Source: an uncultured Chitinophagaceae bacterium (GTDB taxonomy: Bacteria > Bacteroidota > Bacteroidia > Chitinophagales > CAIOSU01). From it: 64,000 bases of DNA. Below the pieces are notes generated by a model that ran no database searches, was not told where the DNA came from, and saw nothing but the letters and a program-made list of their open reading frames with translations. Position 1 is the first letter of the stretch. Every line of letters begins with the position of its first letter. The position numbers and the translations under genes were made by a program. Shown piece after piece: positions 55,901 to 64,000 of the stretch. The DNA is taken from the NCBI GenBank assembly GCA_964518215.1, contig CAZFFP010000007.1, positions 1,121 through 65,120 on the forward strand, given 5' to 3'.

Positions 55901-58900
55901 GTAAAATTAGCTCCTGTATTAGAATTGTTGCGATAAATTGCAAAAGAACCTCCACCGCCCCAACCGCCAAAACCACCCTGACCGCCACCTCCTCCTTGTC
56001 CCCCACCTGTGCCTCCATTTCCTGAATTTCCTGTCCAACATCCAAATCCTCCCGGCTCACCTTTAGAAGCACCACCACCACCACCACCACCGCCACCTCT
56101 TCCATGACCTCCCTGATTTGATTGCCCGCTTGGAATATAGTATGTTGAAAAGCTATGAGTTGCTGCCGGTCTGTCGTTAGCAGTCCAATTAGCACCATTG
56201 GTATTTACAGTTGTTGTTGTATAACTTCCTCCACCAGATCCATTTCCTCCATTTCCTCCGGTAGAATAGCAGCCGCCATTACTACCAGCGGAACCACCGC
56301 CACCACCGGATGCACCAGAACCGCCACCCGTGCTTCCTGTTGCGCCTGCGGTTCCGGAATTATTCCCAGACGAATTACCGCCTACACCACCATTCCCTCC
56401 ATTATTGCCCCAGGTGTTTGAATTTCCTGAACCTCCTGCGCCACCACAAGTAGCCGAAGAAGAATTACAACTTGATTGGGTACAACCAATACTGCCGTTT
56501 GCCCCGGTATGTCCGGTAGTGCCATTAGTCCCTGCCGCTCCAATAGAAGCAGCGCCCGATGTGAATTGACATCTAATGATATTGTAATTCGAAGCTCCAT
56601 TCAACCACAGCGCATAATTTGAGCTTCCTCTGTTGTTATGCGTTCCTGTTACAGCATTTGTTGTAACATTAATATCCTGCAAGGTCCATCCTGAGGTGCC
56701 GTTGGCAGCCATACCAATCAAATGTCTTGAGTCACCACTGGTAGAAATGTTTCCCGCTACGCTTGTAAAAGTTAAGTTGGTGTTGCCGTCAATAGTTTTT
56801 CGCCAACCGTTAACCGCATCATACCTGCCTTCAATAATTACATTCGAGGGAATGTTTACTCTTTGTGTTTCAGTATAGCTGCCTGTTGCCATTCGAACAT
56901 GGGTGCGCCCTCCTAATTGAGTGAGGGCATAAGCTAAAGTGGCATAGGGATTATCCGGTCCGCCTTTGTCAGAAGCATTAATGCCCCCGCTGGCAGCAGG
57001 TCTTACATATACATAATTACAATTTGGCGAACCGACTTCCACATTGCAGGAAGAAGCAAAACTTCCGCAAGCATTATTATATGTAACCGAAAGCGTGTAA
57101 ACTCCGGTTGCTGTGGGAGCTACCCAAGTTACCGAGCTTCCACTACCGGTAATAGTGCCTCCGGTAGCCGACCATGAATAACTTGTAATGTTATTGACTG
57201 CTCCGATTGCAGGCGGTTGCAATGTATTCAGTGTATGTCCGGAGCCAGGCAGCACCAAGCCTCCACAGTTTGAAAACTGTATGGGTGGCGGATTATCGCC
57301 CGCTCCATAAGGAATGGAGGTATTGGTGCTCGAACCATTCATGATATTCACTATTACTCTCGCACAATTAGAAGTAACACTTCTTCCTGAAAGACCTGCC
57401 GGACAATCAGATGCTGTTACAATCACTCTATATAATCTGGTTCCGGCAATTCTTGGTGGAGTATAGGTAGCGGCTGTAGCCCCAGAGATATTAGTCCAAC
57501 TTCCTGCTGTTGCTCCGGCACAGGAGGTGTAGTTAGAAATTTGCCATTGGTATGTGAGTGCCGTGCCCGAAGCAGTAACGCTCAATTGAGGTATTGTTTG
57601 ATTCGTGCAGATATTTATGTTTTGTGGATGTGCAGAAATAGTAGGCTTCACACAATAATCAATTCTTATATAAGGTTTCAGAGTAGAGTGTTGGTATCCA
57701 TACACATGATGATAAGCGCCATCATTTCCGCTGCATATACACACACCAAACGCACATCCGGTGCAACAGTCATCACCACCGTTATACGCCCATCCCATTG
57801 TAATTTGATTGCCCGGCAAAGCGGTAGTAACATCTGCTGTGCTGGCAGCCTGATTTTTCCATCCGTTGGGGTCGTTTTTCCCGGTGCCATTGTAATAGGA
57901 GTTATTGTTTCTGATGCGGTTGCCATCAACATTACAATCGGGTTGATTGGCAAGAAATTCATTGTATTGCACTCTTCCATGTTTCAAACGAATGGGGTCG
58001 CCACAAGTTCTTCCTCCGTAGCGATACCAATATGTAGTGGCTGCATTGATGGTGGCATTGTTCGGAATGCCTGAAATATCGAAAGAGGCATAACCATCCA
58101 TATATGGATTGCTGAAGGGCCACGTATCGTCCACCCACCCATAACTTATATCAAACACATAGGTTCTTCCTGCATAGGTTCCTGCAAAACATTGCCAACT
58201 ACCGGAATTGCCGCTTCTGTTGGCTGTGTAGGTGGGCCAACTGCAAACGCCCGGAGTAGCACACGGATAATAATCGGTTACAGGGTCAATGGTTAAAGGG
58301 AATTTTCTTGTTGAAGACAACAACCAGCTTGCCGGAACCAATGTATAAATCCTGTAATTGTTGCCCCCTGTGTTTTTAACCATAAAACTTCCCTGTATAT
58401 GGCTGTCAAAATTATTCTTAGTGGAATCAAAACCCGGCTCATCGCATGAGCCGGAAGATATTCTGTCATAGTAAACAGGGGTGTGTATTTGTAAAAATGG
58501 ATTTTCAGTTCCCGCTTTGAAAAAAATGTTTTGAAGTATCTGCGAACTATTTGTAGTGGCAAAGGCATGATTCTCCAATTTTTCGCCATCTAATTTCCAA
58601 TTTTTAGGAACAGAAACATTCTCTGCAAATGCCAGATAGGCAGCACCTGCCGGACGGCTGGCAAAAACACTACTGTTATTAACAATGTAATTGAGTTTTT
58701 TAGAAGTAGTAGAATTTAATATTACTGCATCAATCCCAGGAAAAATATTGTTGAAAGTAAGACTGTCTTTTGATGCTGTTCCAATTGATGACACAGAGGC
58801 ATTTATTTCGCTCAAAATGTTTCCGTTAGCATCGAGCCAAACCAATGAAGGCTTTTCCCAGTCGCGGTATTCTCCTTTATTGGTTTTAGTGATAATTGGT

Positions 58901-59289
58901 AATCCGGGTGCCTGCGGAAAATAAATTTTATGTGTATTGTGAGGCGCAGCATAAGCATAATTTGAAAATAAAGAGCTATTGTTTTCAAGAATGTATGAAA
59001 GCATGGTGAACCAAGTTCCATTTTCTTTGTAGTGCATGGGTCCTGCGCCAACTATTGCAGTATATGTGCCATCAGCGTTCTTAAAATGCTTGGAGCTTTC
59101 TGTTCTTAACGAAAGGTCTTCCTGTTCTATTTTAAACGAAACAAACGGACCTCCGCTTTGAAACAGTATTTCCAATGCCTCAATATCCTGATGATTTTTA
59201 TAAGAAGTTATTTTTTCTTTCTGAGCGGTTTGAGAGAAGGCAAGAAATGAAAAGAATATTATAGAGAAAGAGAGTAGAAGTTGTTTCAT
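52903..59289 (-). CDS. giant secreted multi-domain surface protein (beta-helix region, Gly/Asn-rich region, many Ig-like repeats)
   Basis: 2128 aa. Signal peptide MKQLLLSFSIIFFSFLAFSQTAQ. Parallel beta-helix-like segment (NVIIEGRY...NYNIIRCQF). Gly/Asn-rich tract of about 280 aa. Repeated Cys-containing Ig-like modules (C-x-G-x-x-V/LTLTAN-SGG...YQW...). Confidence 0.9.
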   Translation of the reverse strand: MKQLLLSFSIIFFSFLAFSQTAQKEKITSYKNHQDIEALEILFQSGGPFVSFKIEQEDLSLRTESSKHFKNADGTYTAIVGAGPMHYKENGTWFTMLSYILENNSSLFSNYAYAAPHNTHKIYFPQAPGLPIITKTNKGEYRDWEKPSLVWLDANGNILSEINASVSSIGTASKDSLTFNNIFPGIDAVILNSTTSKKLNYIVNNSSVFASRPAGAAYLAFAENVSVPKNWKLDGEKLENHAFATTNSSQILQNIFFKAGTENPFLQIHTPVYYDRISSGSCDEPGFDSTKNNFDSHIQGSFMVKNTGGNNYRIYTLVPASWLLSSTRKFPLTIDPVTDYYPCATPGVCSWPTYTANRSGNSGSWQCFAGTYAGRTYVFDISYGWVDDTWPFSNPYMDGYASFDISGIPNNATINAATTYWYRYGGRTCGDPIRLKHGRVQYNEFLANQPDCNVDGNRIRNNNSYYNGTGKNDPNGWKNQAASTADVTTALPGNQITMGWAYNGGDDCCTGCAFGVCICSGNDGAYHHVYGYQHSTLKPYIRIDYCVKPTISAHPQNINICTNQTIPQLSVTASGTALTYQWQISNYTSCAGATAGSWTNISGATAATYTPPRIAGTRLYRVIVTASDCPAGLSGRSVTSNCARVIVNIMNGSSTNTSIPYGAGDNPPPIQFSNCGGLVLPGSGHTLNTLQPPAIGAVNNITSYSWSATGGTITGSGSSVTWVAPTATGVYTLSVTYNNACGSFASSCNVEVGSPNCNYVYVRPAASGGINASDKGGPDNPYATLAYALTQLGGRTHVRMATGSYTETQRVNIPSNVIIEGRYDAVNGWRKTIDGNTNLTFTSVAGNISTSGDSRHLIGMAANGTSGWTLQDINVTTNAVTGTHNNRGSSNYALWLNGASNYNIIRCQFTSGAASIGAAGTNGTTGHTGANGSIGCTQSSCNSSSATCGGAGGSGNSNTWGNNGGNGGVGGNSSGNNSGTAGATGSTGGGSGASGGGGGSAGSNGGCYSTGGNGGNGSGGGSYTTTTVNTNGANWTANDRPAATHSFSTYYIPSGQSNQGGHGRGGGGGGGGGASKGEPGGFGCWTGNSGNGGTGGGQGGGGGQGGFGGWGGGGSFAIYRNNSNTGANFTNVILNNGSEGLGGNGGTGGNGGVGGSGTHTRQCNCSGDRACGGYGGNGGNGARGGRGRDGANGVSYQMYTAGVGASNPSGTIATTPVIRVLHDKGKPCINSEINLYKASGTWILPSGLTFVNDRNETAGGTSYTTATTNIKVYTTTANATYNLTAPADFPGFLRIASDNRPLPVITITPNSLCEGAGAEIQLTHTNPWQTQVEYDWVIFSATGNNANTALISSSFNNPIIDVSSLSAGNYKVRYRVQEICCGWSRPVYATFTITPQPTQPNNLTKTTASNFAQACEGISGLSVNAATGSTGGAGTCNYEYAYQNTDDIWSAWQTTIPVITAGVAPGYVRIKARYNCNGVACNESPETPVVEWEIVQQPNEGTLSRDNPTDQFICIGAMLTPEVSGGSGGIASVDQIEWRKGSTGSWNTYSSPVSTTTHGLGEYYFRTRRITTGPGCTNTDWMPVGNGALLWFVEADPIAPTITKNPADASVCIGATLTVNVTAFGSGGAGTCNDQMRYSTNGGSSWTSWSGSVPTISANTAGTYIIETRRDCNAIGCNSNINSVNWVVVADPNVSISGAADVCVGGTVTLTANASGGAGTASYQWRRNGSNVGTNSATYTTANSLAAGNYSYDVIVTQSASACQTTSATVSANVVADPVVTISDTATVCEGGSVTLTANVSGGLGTPSYQWRRNGVNIGTNSATYITDNTLVAGNYSYDVIVAQSVSGCQTTAASVSANVVADPVAPTITKSPNVASLCEGATLTVTSSGGTGGTGTCNNQYRFTTDNGSTWSSWSNTIPSFAAVIGTNRIQSRRNCNGSGCNSNINNVSWTVVADPAIVTQPQSGSTCYNAYYTLSVSMSGGSGTYTYQWQESTSGCSGSWNNVGTNSTTYTTNRLTATRYYRVLITNTGNDCNSVTSSCATVTIDQNMPTSTWTGDIDTDWYDPYNWSHCVPGDNTYAIIPGTAPRMPEISISSPLYDGDAECKKALLDNGGELLIHTNAVLKVNE
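53707..54222 (-). repeat. tandem duplication, 2 x 258 nt (86-aa Ig-like module), inside the giant gene
   Basis: Copies at 53707-53964 and 53965-54222. They encode ADPVVTISDTATVCEGGSVTLTANVSGGLGTPSYQWRRNGVNIGTNSATY... and ADPNVSISGAADVCVGGTVTLTANASGGAGTASYQWRRNGSNVGTNSATY... Confidence 0.85.
55700..56540 (-). repeat. Gly/Asn/Ser-rich low-complexity coding tract in the giant gene
   Basis: Encodes GGAGGSGNSNTWGNNGGNGGVGGNSSGNN...GHGRGGGGGGGGGASKG...GGYGGNGGNGARGGRGRDGANG. It generates spurious ORFs in other frames. Confidence 0.85.
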
Positions 59290-59508
59290 ATATAGCCTAT
59301 GGTTTTTTTCGTGAGTAAAATTGGCTGACTATAATCTATTCATTCCCTGAATCACTTTTCTTCTTTTTGCTATAAAATAGAATTAATCAATTTTTTAAAA
59401 AATCCTTACCTGAAAATAATTCTTTTTTTTAAGAAAAATAATACGCTTTTTAACTCAATCAACTGTACGGAAATGAAAGATGTGGAAATCTTAATGATGA
59501 GATTTTTT

Positions 59509-59703
59509 TCAATCCTTCACTTCTTCATAGTCCACATATTCGCCATCGAGAGGCTTATGATTAGGGGCGGAGCCGGAGTTATTATTGTTTCGGATAGTTT
59601 GGGTGGGTTCGTTATTGGTTTTTGGCTTTCCGAAAATTTTCATCAGATAGCGAACGTAACGATATACAAAATACAACAGCAAAAAAGTGAGCAATAATTT
59701 CAT
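59509..59703 (-). CDS. DUF4834-like small membrane protein
   Basis: 64 aa. N-terminal TM MKLLLTFLLLYFVYRYV and C-terminal GEYVDYEEVKD, typical of this Bacteroidota family. Confidence 0.7.
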   Translation of the reverse strand: MKLLLTFLLLYFVYRYVRYLMKIFGKPKTNNEPTQTIRNNNNSGSAPNHKPLDGEYVDYEEVKD

Positions 59704-59778
59704 CGGAATATCTAAAGTATTTTATTTCAAAAAATTGTTTTGTTGAAACACACGCTCCCTGATTTGAGTTTAGAAAAA

Positions 59779-60555
59779 CTACTCCAATGCGTTTCGGATT
59801 TTCAAAAGTTTTTCTAACAAAGGCTCGAGCAAATCCAATGGCAACATATTGCTGCCATCGCTCAAAGCTTCTTTTGGTTGGGGATGTGTTTCGATGAATA
59901 ATCCATCAACACCAACAGCAATTCCCGCTTTACAAATGGTTTCGATAAGTTGTGGCATCCCGCCCGTTACTCCACTGCTTTGATTGGGTTTTTGCAGCGA
60001 ATGTGTGGCATCGAGAATCACCGGCACACCCCACTGTTGCATGAGTGGAATGCTTCTGTAATCCACTACCATATCCTGATATCCGAAAGTAGTGCCGCGC
60101 TCGGTGAGCATAATTTTTTCATTGCCCGTGCTGCGCACTTTCTCCACTGCAAACTGCATGCTTTCGGGCGAAGCAAACTGTCCTTTTTTGATGTTCACCC
60201 ACTTGCCCGTATTGCCGCAGGCAACCAACAAATCGGTTTGGCGGCAAAGGAAAGCGGGTATTTGCAAATAATCGGCAACTGCAGCCACTTCATTTACTTC
60301 ATGTGTTTCGTGCACATCGGTCAGCACCCGAATATCGAATTGTGTTTTGATTTGCTTCAGCATGTTCAATGCTTTTTCATCTCCAATTCCTGTGAAAGAA
60401 TTTACGCTGGTGCGGTTGGCTTTTTTGTAGGAGCTTTTGAAAACATATTGAATACCTAACCCTTTGCAAAGCGCTGAAACTTTTTCGGCAACTACAAAAG
60501 GCGTGGTTTCGTTTTCGATAACACATGGTCCGGCTATGAGAAGAAGAGGTTTCAT
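59779..60555 (-). CDS. kdsA: 3-deoxy-8-phosphooctulonate (Kdo-8-P) synthase
   Basis: 258 aa. SYKKANRTS, DVHE, ILDATHSLQ, FIETHPQP. Confidence 0.93.
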   Translation of the reverse strand: MKPLLLIAGPCVIENETTPFVVAEKVSALCKGLGIQYVFKSSYKKANRTSVNSFTGIGDEKALNMLKQIKTQFDIRVLTDVHETHEVNEVAAVADYLQIPAFLCRQTDLLVACGNTGKWVNIKKGQFASPESMQFAVEKVRSTGNEKIMLTERGTTFGYQDMVVDYRSIPLMQQWGVPVILDATHSLQKPNQSSGVTGGMPQLIETICKAGIAVGVDGLFIETHPQPKEALSDGSNMLPLDLLEPLLEKLLKIRNALE

Positions 60556-60565
60556 TTTCAGTTTT

Positions 60566-61156
60566 TTATTTGTAGCTATTCCCCAAATACCCCCCGTGAT
60601 GGCGTTTCAGAAATTCTTCTTTGGTAAATTTTATTTCTTCCATCACGAGCATACACAACACATCGCCCAACGCCAACATGGCAGTGGTGGAGGTAGTAGG
60701 CGCCATGCCCAATGGACAGACTTCGGTTACGTTTCCAATCGTAAGTGTAAGGTCTGAAATTCGGCTCAACTCGGTGTCGGCATGAGCGGTAATACAAATT
60801 ACATTCAGTCGGTTGGGATACAATTGCTGCGTGAGTTGCACCATCTCTATGGCTTCGCGGGTTTTGCCCGAATTGGAAAACATGAGCAGAATATCGTCTT
60901 TACCCAACATGCCCAAATCGCCATGCTGCGCTTCGCCCGGATGCAAAAACACCGAAGGAGTGCCGGTAGATGAAAAGGTGCTTGCCACTTTTTGAGCAAT
61001 GATGCCCGCCTTGCCCATGCCGCTGGTTACCACCTTGCCTTTGCAGTGCAAAATGGCATCTACGGCTGTGAGCAGATTTTTATCAAGAGGAATATTGGCG
61101 ATGGCGCGGCTTTCTATTTCGAGAATCGCTCGGGCCCTTTCAATTTTTCTATCCAT
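60566..61156 (-). CDS. kdsD: arabinose-5-phosphate isomerase, SIS domain only (no CBS pair)
   Basis: 196 aa. GKVVTSGMGKAGIIAQKVASTFSSTGTPS and FSNSGKT. SIS-only APIs are known from Bacteroides. Sits next to kdsA. Confidence 0.8.
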   Translation of the reverse strand: MDRKIERARAILEIESRAIANIPLDKNLLTAVDAILHCKGKVVTSGMGKAGIIAQKVASTFSSTGTPSVFLHPGEAQHGDLGMLGKDDILLMFSNSGKTREAIEMVQLTQQLYPNRLNVICITAHADTELSRISDLTLTIGNVTEVCPLGMAPTTSTTAMLALGDVLCMLVMEEIKFTKEEFLKRHHGGYLGNSYK

Positions 61157-61452
61157 TGTCCTTGTTCCCAGTCTAAGGTGTTGATGGTTTTGTCGTCAAT
61201 AAAAATATCGTAAGGCGGTTTGTCCAAGCGCAATTCGTGATACTTAGCTCCCCACGATTGCAGTTGCTGCTCGGTGAGTGCGCGCCAATCCAAACCGCTT
61301 TTCATACCGCGAGCAGTCCAATAAACGATGTGGTTGCCGGCATCGTATAAGCGGTTCACTCTTTCGATATTTTCAGGAATCGGTTTGGAGTTGGGGTAAT
61401 CGGTGCCGTGCGTAATGGCAACGGTATTGTCAATGTCAACATATATATCCAT
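61114..61452 (-). CDS. minimal HAD-superfamily phosphatase
   Basis: 112 aa with all four HAD motifs: VDIDNT, WTARG, LDKPPYD, FIDD. 43-nt overlap with the API gene. Confidence 0.65.
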   Translation of the reverse strand: MDIYVDIDNTVAITHGTDYPNSKPIPENIERVNRLYDAGNHIVYWTARGMKSGLDWRALTEQQLQSWGAKYHELRLDKPPYDIFIDDKTINTLDWEQGQWIEKLKGPERFSK

Positions 61453-61524
61453 GAGGTGCGAAGATACAGGGTTTAGGGGAGTATGGATCTTTGATTAATA
61501 AATGCAGAATGCAAAAATTTATCT

Positions 61525-62247
61525 CTAAAACCTAATGATACCCAACCAACTCATCATGACCATAGCGTAATAGGTAGGGTCAATTTCGAACCATTTTTTG
61601 GAGAACTTAGGGCTTTGCGGAAACTTATGATGATTGTTTTGAAACAATTCGCCCAACATGATGAATCCCCACGGCTCGGAGTTTTTGGATTTATCTCCGT
61701 TGTTGAAATTGGCGTAGCCGTATTTGTGCCCACACCAGTTCACCAATGCGCCATGTATAGGCCCCATCAAATAATGAATGGGCAACAACAAAAACATCCA
61801 CCAGTGTGTGGCGAAGAAAATATAAAAGAGGGTATAGGCAATACCAAAACTTACACGAACAGTCATGCTGTCGCCAAAGCGGTCTAAACGTTCCCAAACA
61901 GGATAATTGCCCTTAAACTCAGGTTCGGTATTGACTTGGTTGTTGACAAGTTGGATATAAATGTTTTTGGTATTCCACATCATTTTAAAAACATCTTTGA
62001 AAAAATGTGGCGAATGCGGGTCTTTGTGGGTGTCGCTGTAGGCATGGTGCTGACGGTGCATGATAGCATAAGCGCGGGGCACCAAAAACGATGAGCCCAT
62101 AGTAAAAAACGTGAGCAGATAATGCACTTTTTCCCAAAATTTACTCATCGAAAACATTCGGTGCGATGCATAGCGATGCAGAAAAAAAGTATGAAAGAAC
62201 AGCGAAAGAAACCAATGTGTAACGAAGAAAATAAAAATAATCATCAA
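61525..62247 (-). CDS. membrane fatty-acid (delta-9 type) desaturase
   Basis: 240 aa. Histidine boxes HRYASHR, HRQHHAYSD and NNHHKFP. Confidence 0.85.
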   Translation of the reverse strand: MMIIFIFFVTHWFLSLFFHTFFLHRYASHRMFSMSKFWEKVHYLLTFFTMGSSFLVPRAYAIMHRQHHAYSDTHKDPHSPHFFKDVFKMMWNTKNIYIQLVNNQVNTEPEFKGNYPVWERLDRFGDSMTVRVSFGIAYTLFYIFFATHWWMFLLLPIHYLMGPIHGALVNWCGHKYGYANFNNGDKSKNSEPWGFIMLGELFQNNHHKFPQSPKFSKKWFEIDPTYYAMVMMSWLGIIRF

Positions 62248-62329
62248 TTGAAACTTTGTTACAAATATCGAACATTAATATCGCCTCTCACAGCATCAGC
62301 CATTTATTAACGCATTAGAAACGAGAAAT

Positions 62330-63193
62330 TCAGGTGTAATTATAAAATCCCTGACCGGTTTTTTTCCCTAATTGACCTGCCAAAACTTTTTGCTGTTGCA
62401 GGCGCGAAGGGCGAAATTTTCCATCGAAATGAAACGACTCAAACATGGCTGTAGTAACATTGAAATTAGTATCCACGCCTATAAGGTCCATCAATTTAAA
62501 AGGTCCCATTTTAAATCCTATAGATTCGGTCAGTTCATCAATGGTTTCGAGCGATGCAATGTTCTCTTCTAAAATTTTAAGGCTTTCTACATAGTAATGA
62601 CGGGCTACGCGATTTACAATAAAGCCCGGTGCATCTTTGGCATATACCGGAGTTTTTTCCAATTTTTCGGCTATTTGAAAAAGTGTTTGACTCACATTTT
62701 CGTTGGTTGCTGCACCCGAAATTATCTCTACGAGTTTCATGATGTGTGCAGGATTAAAAAAGTGCATTCCGGCAATTCTTTCAGGATTTTTCAACGGTGC
62801 TGCAATGCGCGTAATGGGAATAGAAGAAGTATTGCTGGCTATTATGGTGTTTTCAGAATTTACCGCAATCAACTTTTTCAGTAAATCGGCTTTAGGTTGA
62901 AATTTTTCTACAATGGCTTCAATAATTAAATCGGCAACTACCGATTCAGTGTCGGTAGTGTAGCCAATGCGCTCAATAATTTTGTTGGCTTCGGTTTCTG
63001 AAATTTTATTTTTTTCGAGCGCATATTTAACGAGTTCGCGTATGTGTTTTTCCGCCCTCGATAATTGTTCGTCTGAAATGTCGAACAGAATAGTAACATA
63101 GCCCGCTTTTGAAAAAAGATAGGCTATGCCCGCGCCCATAGTGCCGGCACCGCAAACGGCTACTGTTTTTATATTTTCTATAGAATATTTCAT
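62330..63193 (-). CDS. 3-hydroxyacyl/3-hydroxybutyryl-CoA dehydrogenase
   Basis: 287 aa. NAD fold VAVCGAGTMGAGIA, NTSS, HFFNPA. Confidence 0.9.
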   Translation of the reverse strand: MKYSIENIKTVAVCGAGTMGAGIAYLFSKAGYVTILFDISDEQLSRAEKHIRELVKYALEKNKISETEANKIIERIGYTTDTESVVADLIIEAIVEKFQPKADLLKKLIAVNSENTIIASNTSSIPITRIAAPLKNPERIAGMHFFNPAHIMKLVEIISGAATNENVSQTLFQIAEKLEKTPVYAKDAPGFIVNRVARHYYVESLKILEENIASLETIDELTESIGFKMGPFKLMDLIGVDTNFNVTTAMFESFHFDGKFRPSRLQQQKVLAGQLGKKTGQGFYNYT

Positions 63194-63242
63194 GTTCCGT
63201 TTTTTTTAGCCGAAAAAATCTTACAGAGATTTCTTCTGTTTT

Positions 63243-64000
63243 TCAATCTGCTCTGCTCAAATCTATTTCAGTATTATCTCCTATGTTCAGGCTTTGGCTC
63301 AAGCCCTTCACCGAAGCATCGCTGCCGATAATGGAGTTGTGTAAAATAACCTGGTCGAGTTTGGTGTAGTTGCCGATGACCGAATTTTTCAGAATGGAAT
63401 AATTCACTTCTGAATTTTCTCCAATGGTTACGTTGGGTCCGATGATTGAATTGGAAATTTTTACTCCTTCAGAAATATAAACCGGATGCACGATGATGGT
63501 ATTGGGAAAATCGGGAAGATTGGTTGAAGCGATGCCGGGCTTTTTGAGCATGATGGCATTGGTTTCGAGCAGAATTTCTTTTTTGCCCAAATCGAACCAG
63601 TTGTTTACCCTGAAGCCCGTAAACTTAATTCCCTGCTCAATCATGAGCATTAATGCATCGGTTAGTTGAATTTCGCGTCCGGCATCTTGCGTGTTTACCA
63701 ACTTATCTAACGACTGAAAAAGGGAGGCAGTTTCTTTGATGTAATAAAACCCTACCAAAGCCAGATTCGATTTTGGAAACTTAGGCTTTTCCACTACTTT
63801 ATCAATGAAGCCTTGTCCGTCAAATTCTGCCACACCGAAGTTGCGCGGGTCATCCACTTTTTTAATGGCAAGGTTAGAGTGTGGCGCTTCGATGGCGCTT
63901 TTAAAATCTGCATCAATAATGGTGTCGCCCAAAAGAATAATCACCGGCTCATCAAGATTCATGAGTTCTTTCGCTGTCCATATGGCGTGCCCTAAGCCTT
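63243..64000 (-). CDS. sugar-phosphate nucleotidyltransferase with C-terminal left-handed beta-helix, 5' end outside the window
   Basis: The frame stays open upstream of the track Met: my translation of 63963-63998 gives GLGHAIWTAKEL. The gene therefore continues past 64000. Hexapeptide repeats: ISNSIIGPNVTIGENSEVNYSILKNSVIG. Confidence 0.8.
   Translation of the reverse strand, partial: GLGHAIWTAKELMNLDEPVIILLGDTIIDADFKSAIEAPHSNLAIKKVDDPRNFGVAEFDGQGFIDKVVEKPKFPKSNLALVGFYYIKETASLFQSLDKLVNTQDAGREIQLTDALMLMIEQGIKFTGFRVNNWFDLGKKEILLETNAIMLKKPGIASTNLPDFPNTIIVHPVYISEGVKISNSIIGPNVTIGENSEVNYSILKNSVIGNYTKLDQVILHNSIIGSDASVKGLSQSLNIGDNTEIDLSRAD

Noticed and set aside
55536-56600. Several 70-110-aa ORFs in other frames and strands within the Gly/Asn-rich tract, and a possible collagen-like assignment for that tract
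   Set aside because: The alternative frames are artefacts of the GGN/GGT-rich repeats. The tract lacks strict Gly-X-Y periodicity, so it is not collagen-like.
59950-60459. 169-aa plus-strand ORF
   Set aside because: It is antisense to kdsA, whose identity is unambiguous.

Overview
The window looks like a Bacteroidota chromosome segment. The evidence is DUF4175 and DUF4834 proteins, a SIS-only arabinose-5-phosphate isomerase, and roughly 40% GC by eye. All family assignments come from motif reading only, because no searches could be run.

Layout:
(1) 1-1.7 kb: a truncated restriction-enzyme-like ORF and a tyrosine integrase flanked by iterated 18-bp repeats. This is probably the edge of an accessory or mobile element.
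(2) 1.9-10.6 kb: housekeeping genes. They are a DUF4175 coiled-coil membrane protein, an RsbW-like ATPase, a DUF433/DUF5615 toxin-antitoxin-like pair, ybeY, mnmG and an Ig-like lipoprotein.
(3) 10.6-18.1 kb: the core of an envelope polysaccharide locus (asnB, GT4, Wza-like, Wzc-like BY-kinase, WecA/MraY-like initiating transferase).
(4) 18.2-47.2 kb: a very unusual block that I cannot match to any characterised pathway. An ABC-2 permease (wzm-like, 19.2 kb) and its ATPase (wzt-like, 43.6 kb) are separated by about 23.5 kb. In and around that gap are:
- 7 ORFs (8 domains) of one PhyH-type Fe(II)/2OG dioxygenase subfamily;
- a WelO5-like protein with an H-x-G motif (candidate halogenase);
- a JmjC/cupin protein and two AspH/LpxO-like hydroxylases;
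- three B12-binding radical SAM enzymes and one SPASM radical SAM enzyme;
- a UbiA prenyltransferase, a GT2, a UPF0104 flippase-like protein, a GT-C protein and an SGNH hydrolase;
- a pentahaem cytochrome c and two paralogous ~560-aa polytopic proteins.
(5) 47.2-64 kb: prmC, an OmpR/PhoR-type two-component pair, kynU-gcdH, a 2128-aa secreted adhesin-like protein, a Kdo operon (mini-HAD, SIS-only API, kdsA), a desaturase, a 3-hydroxyacyl-CoA dehydrogenase and a nucleotidyltransferase that runs off the right edge.

I saw no rRNA, tRNA or CRISPR array.
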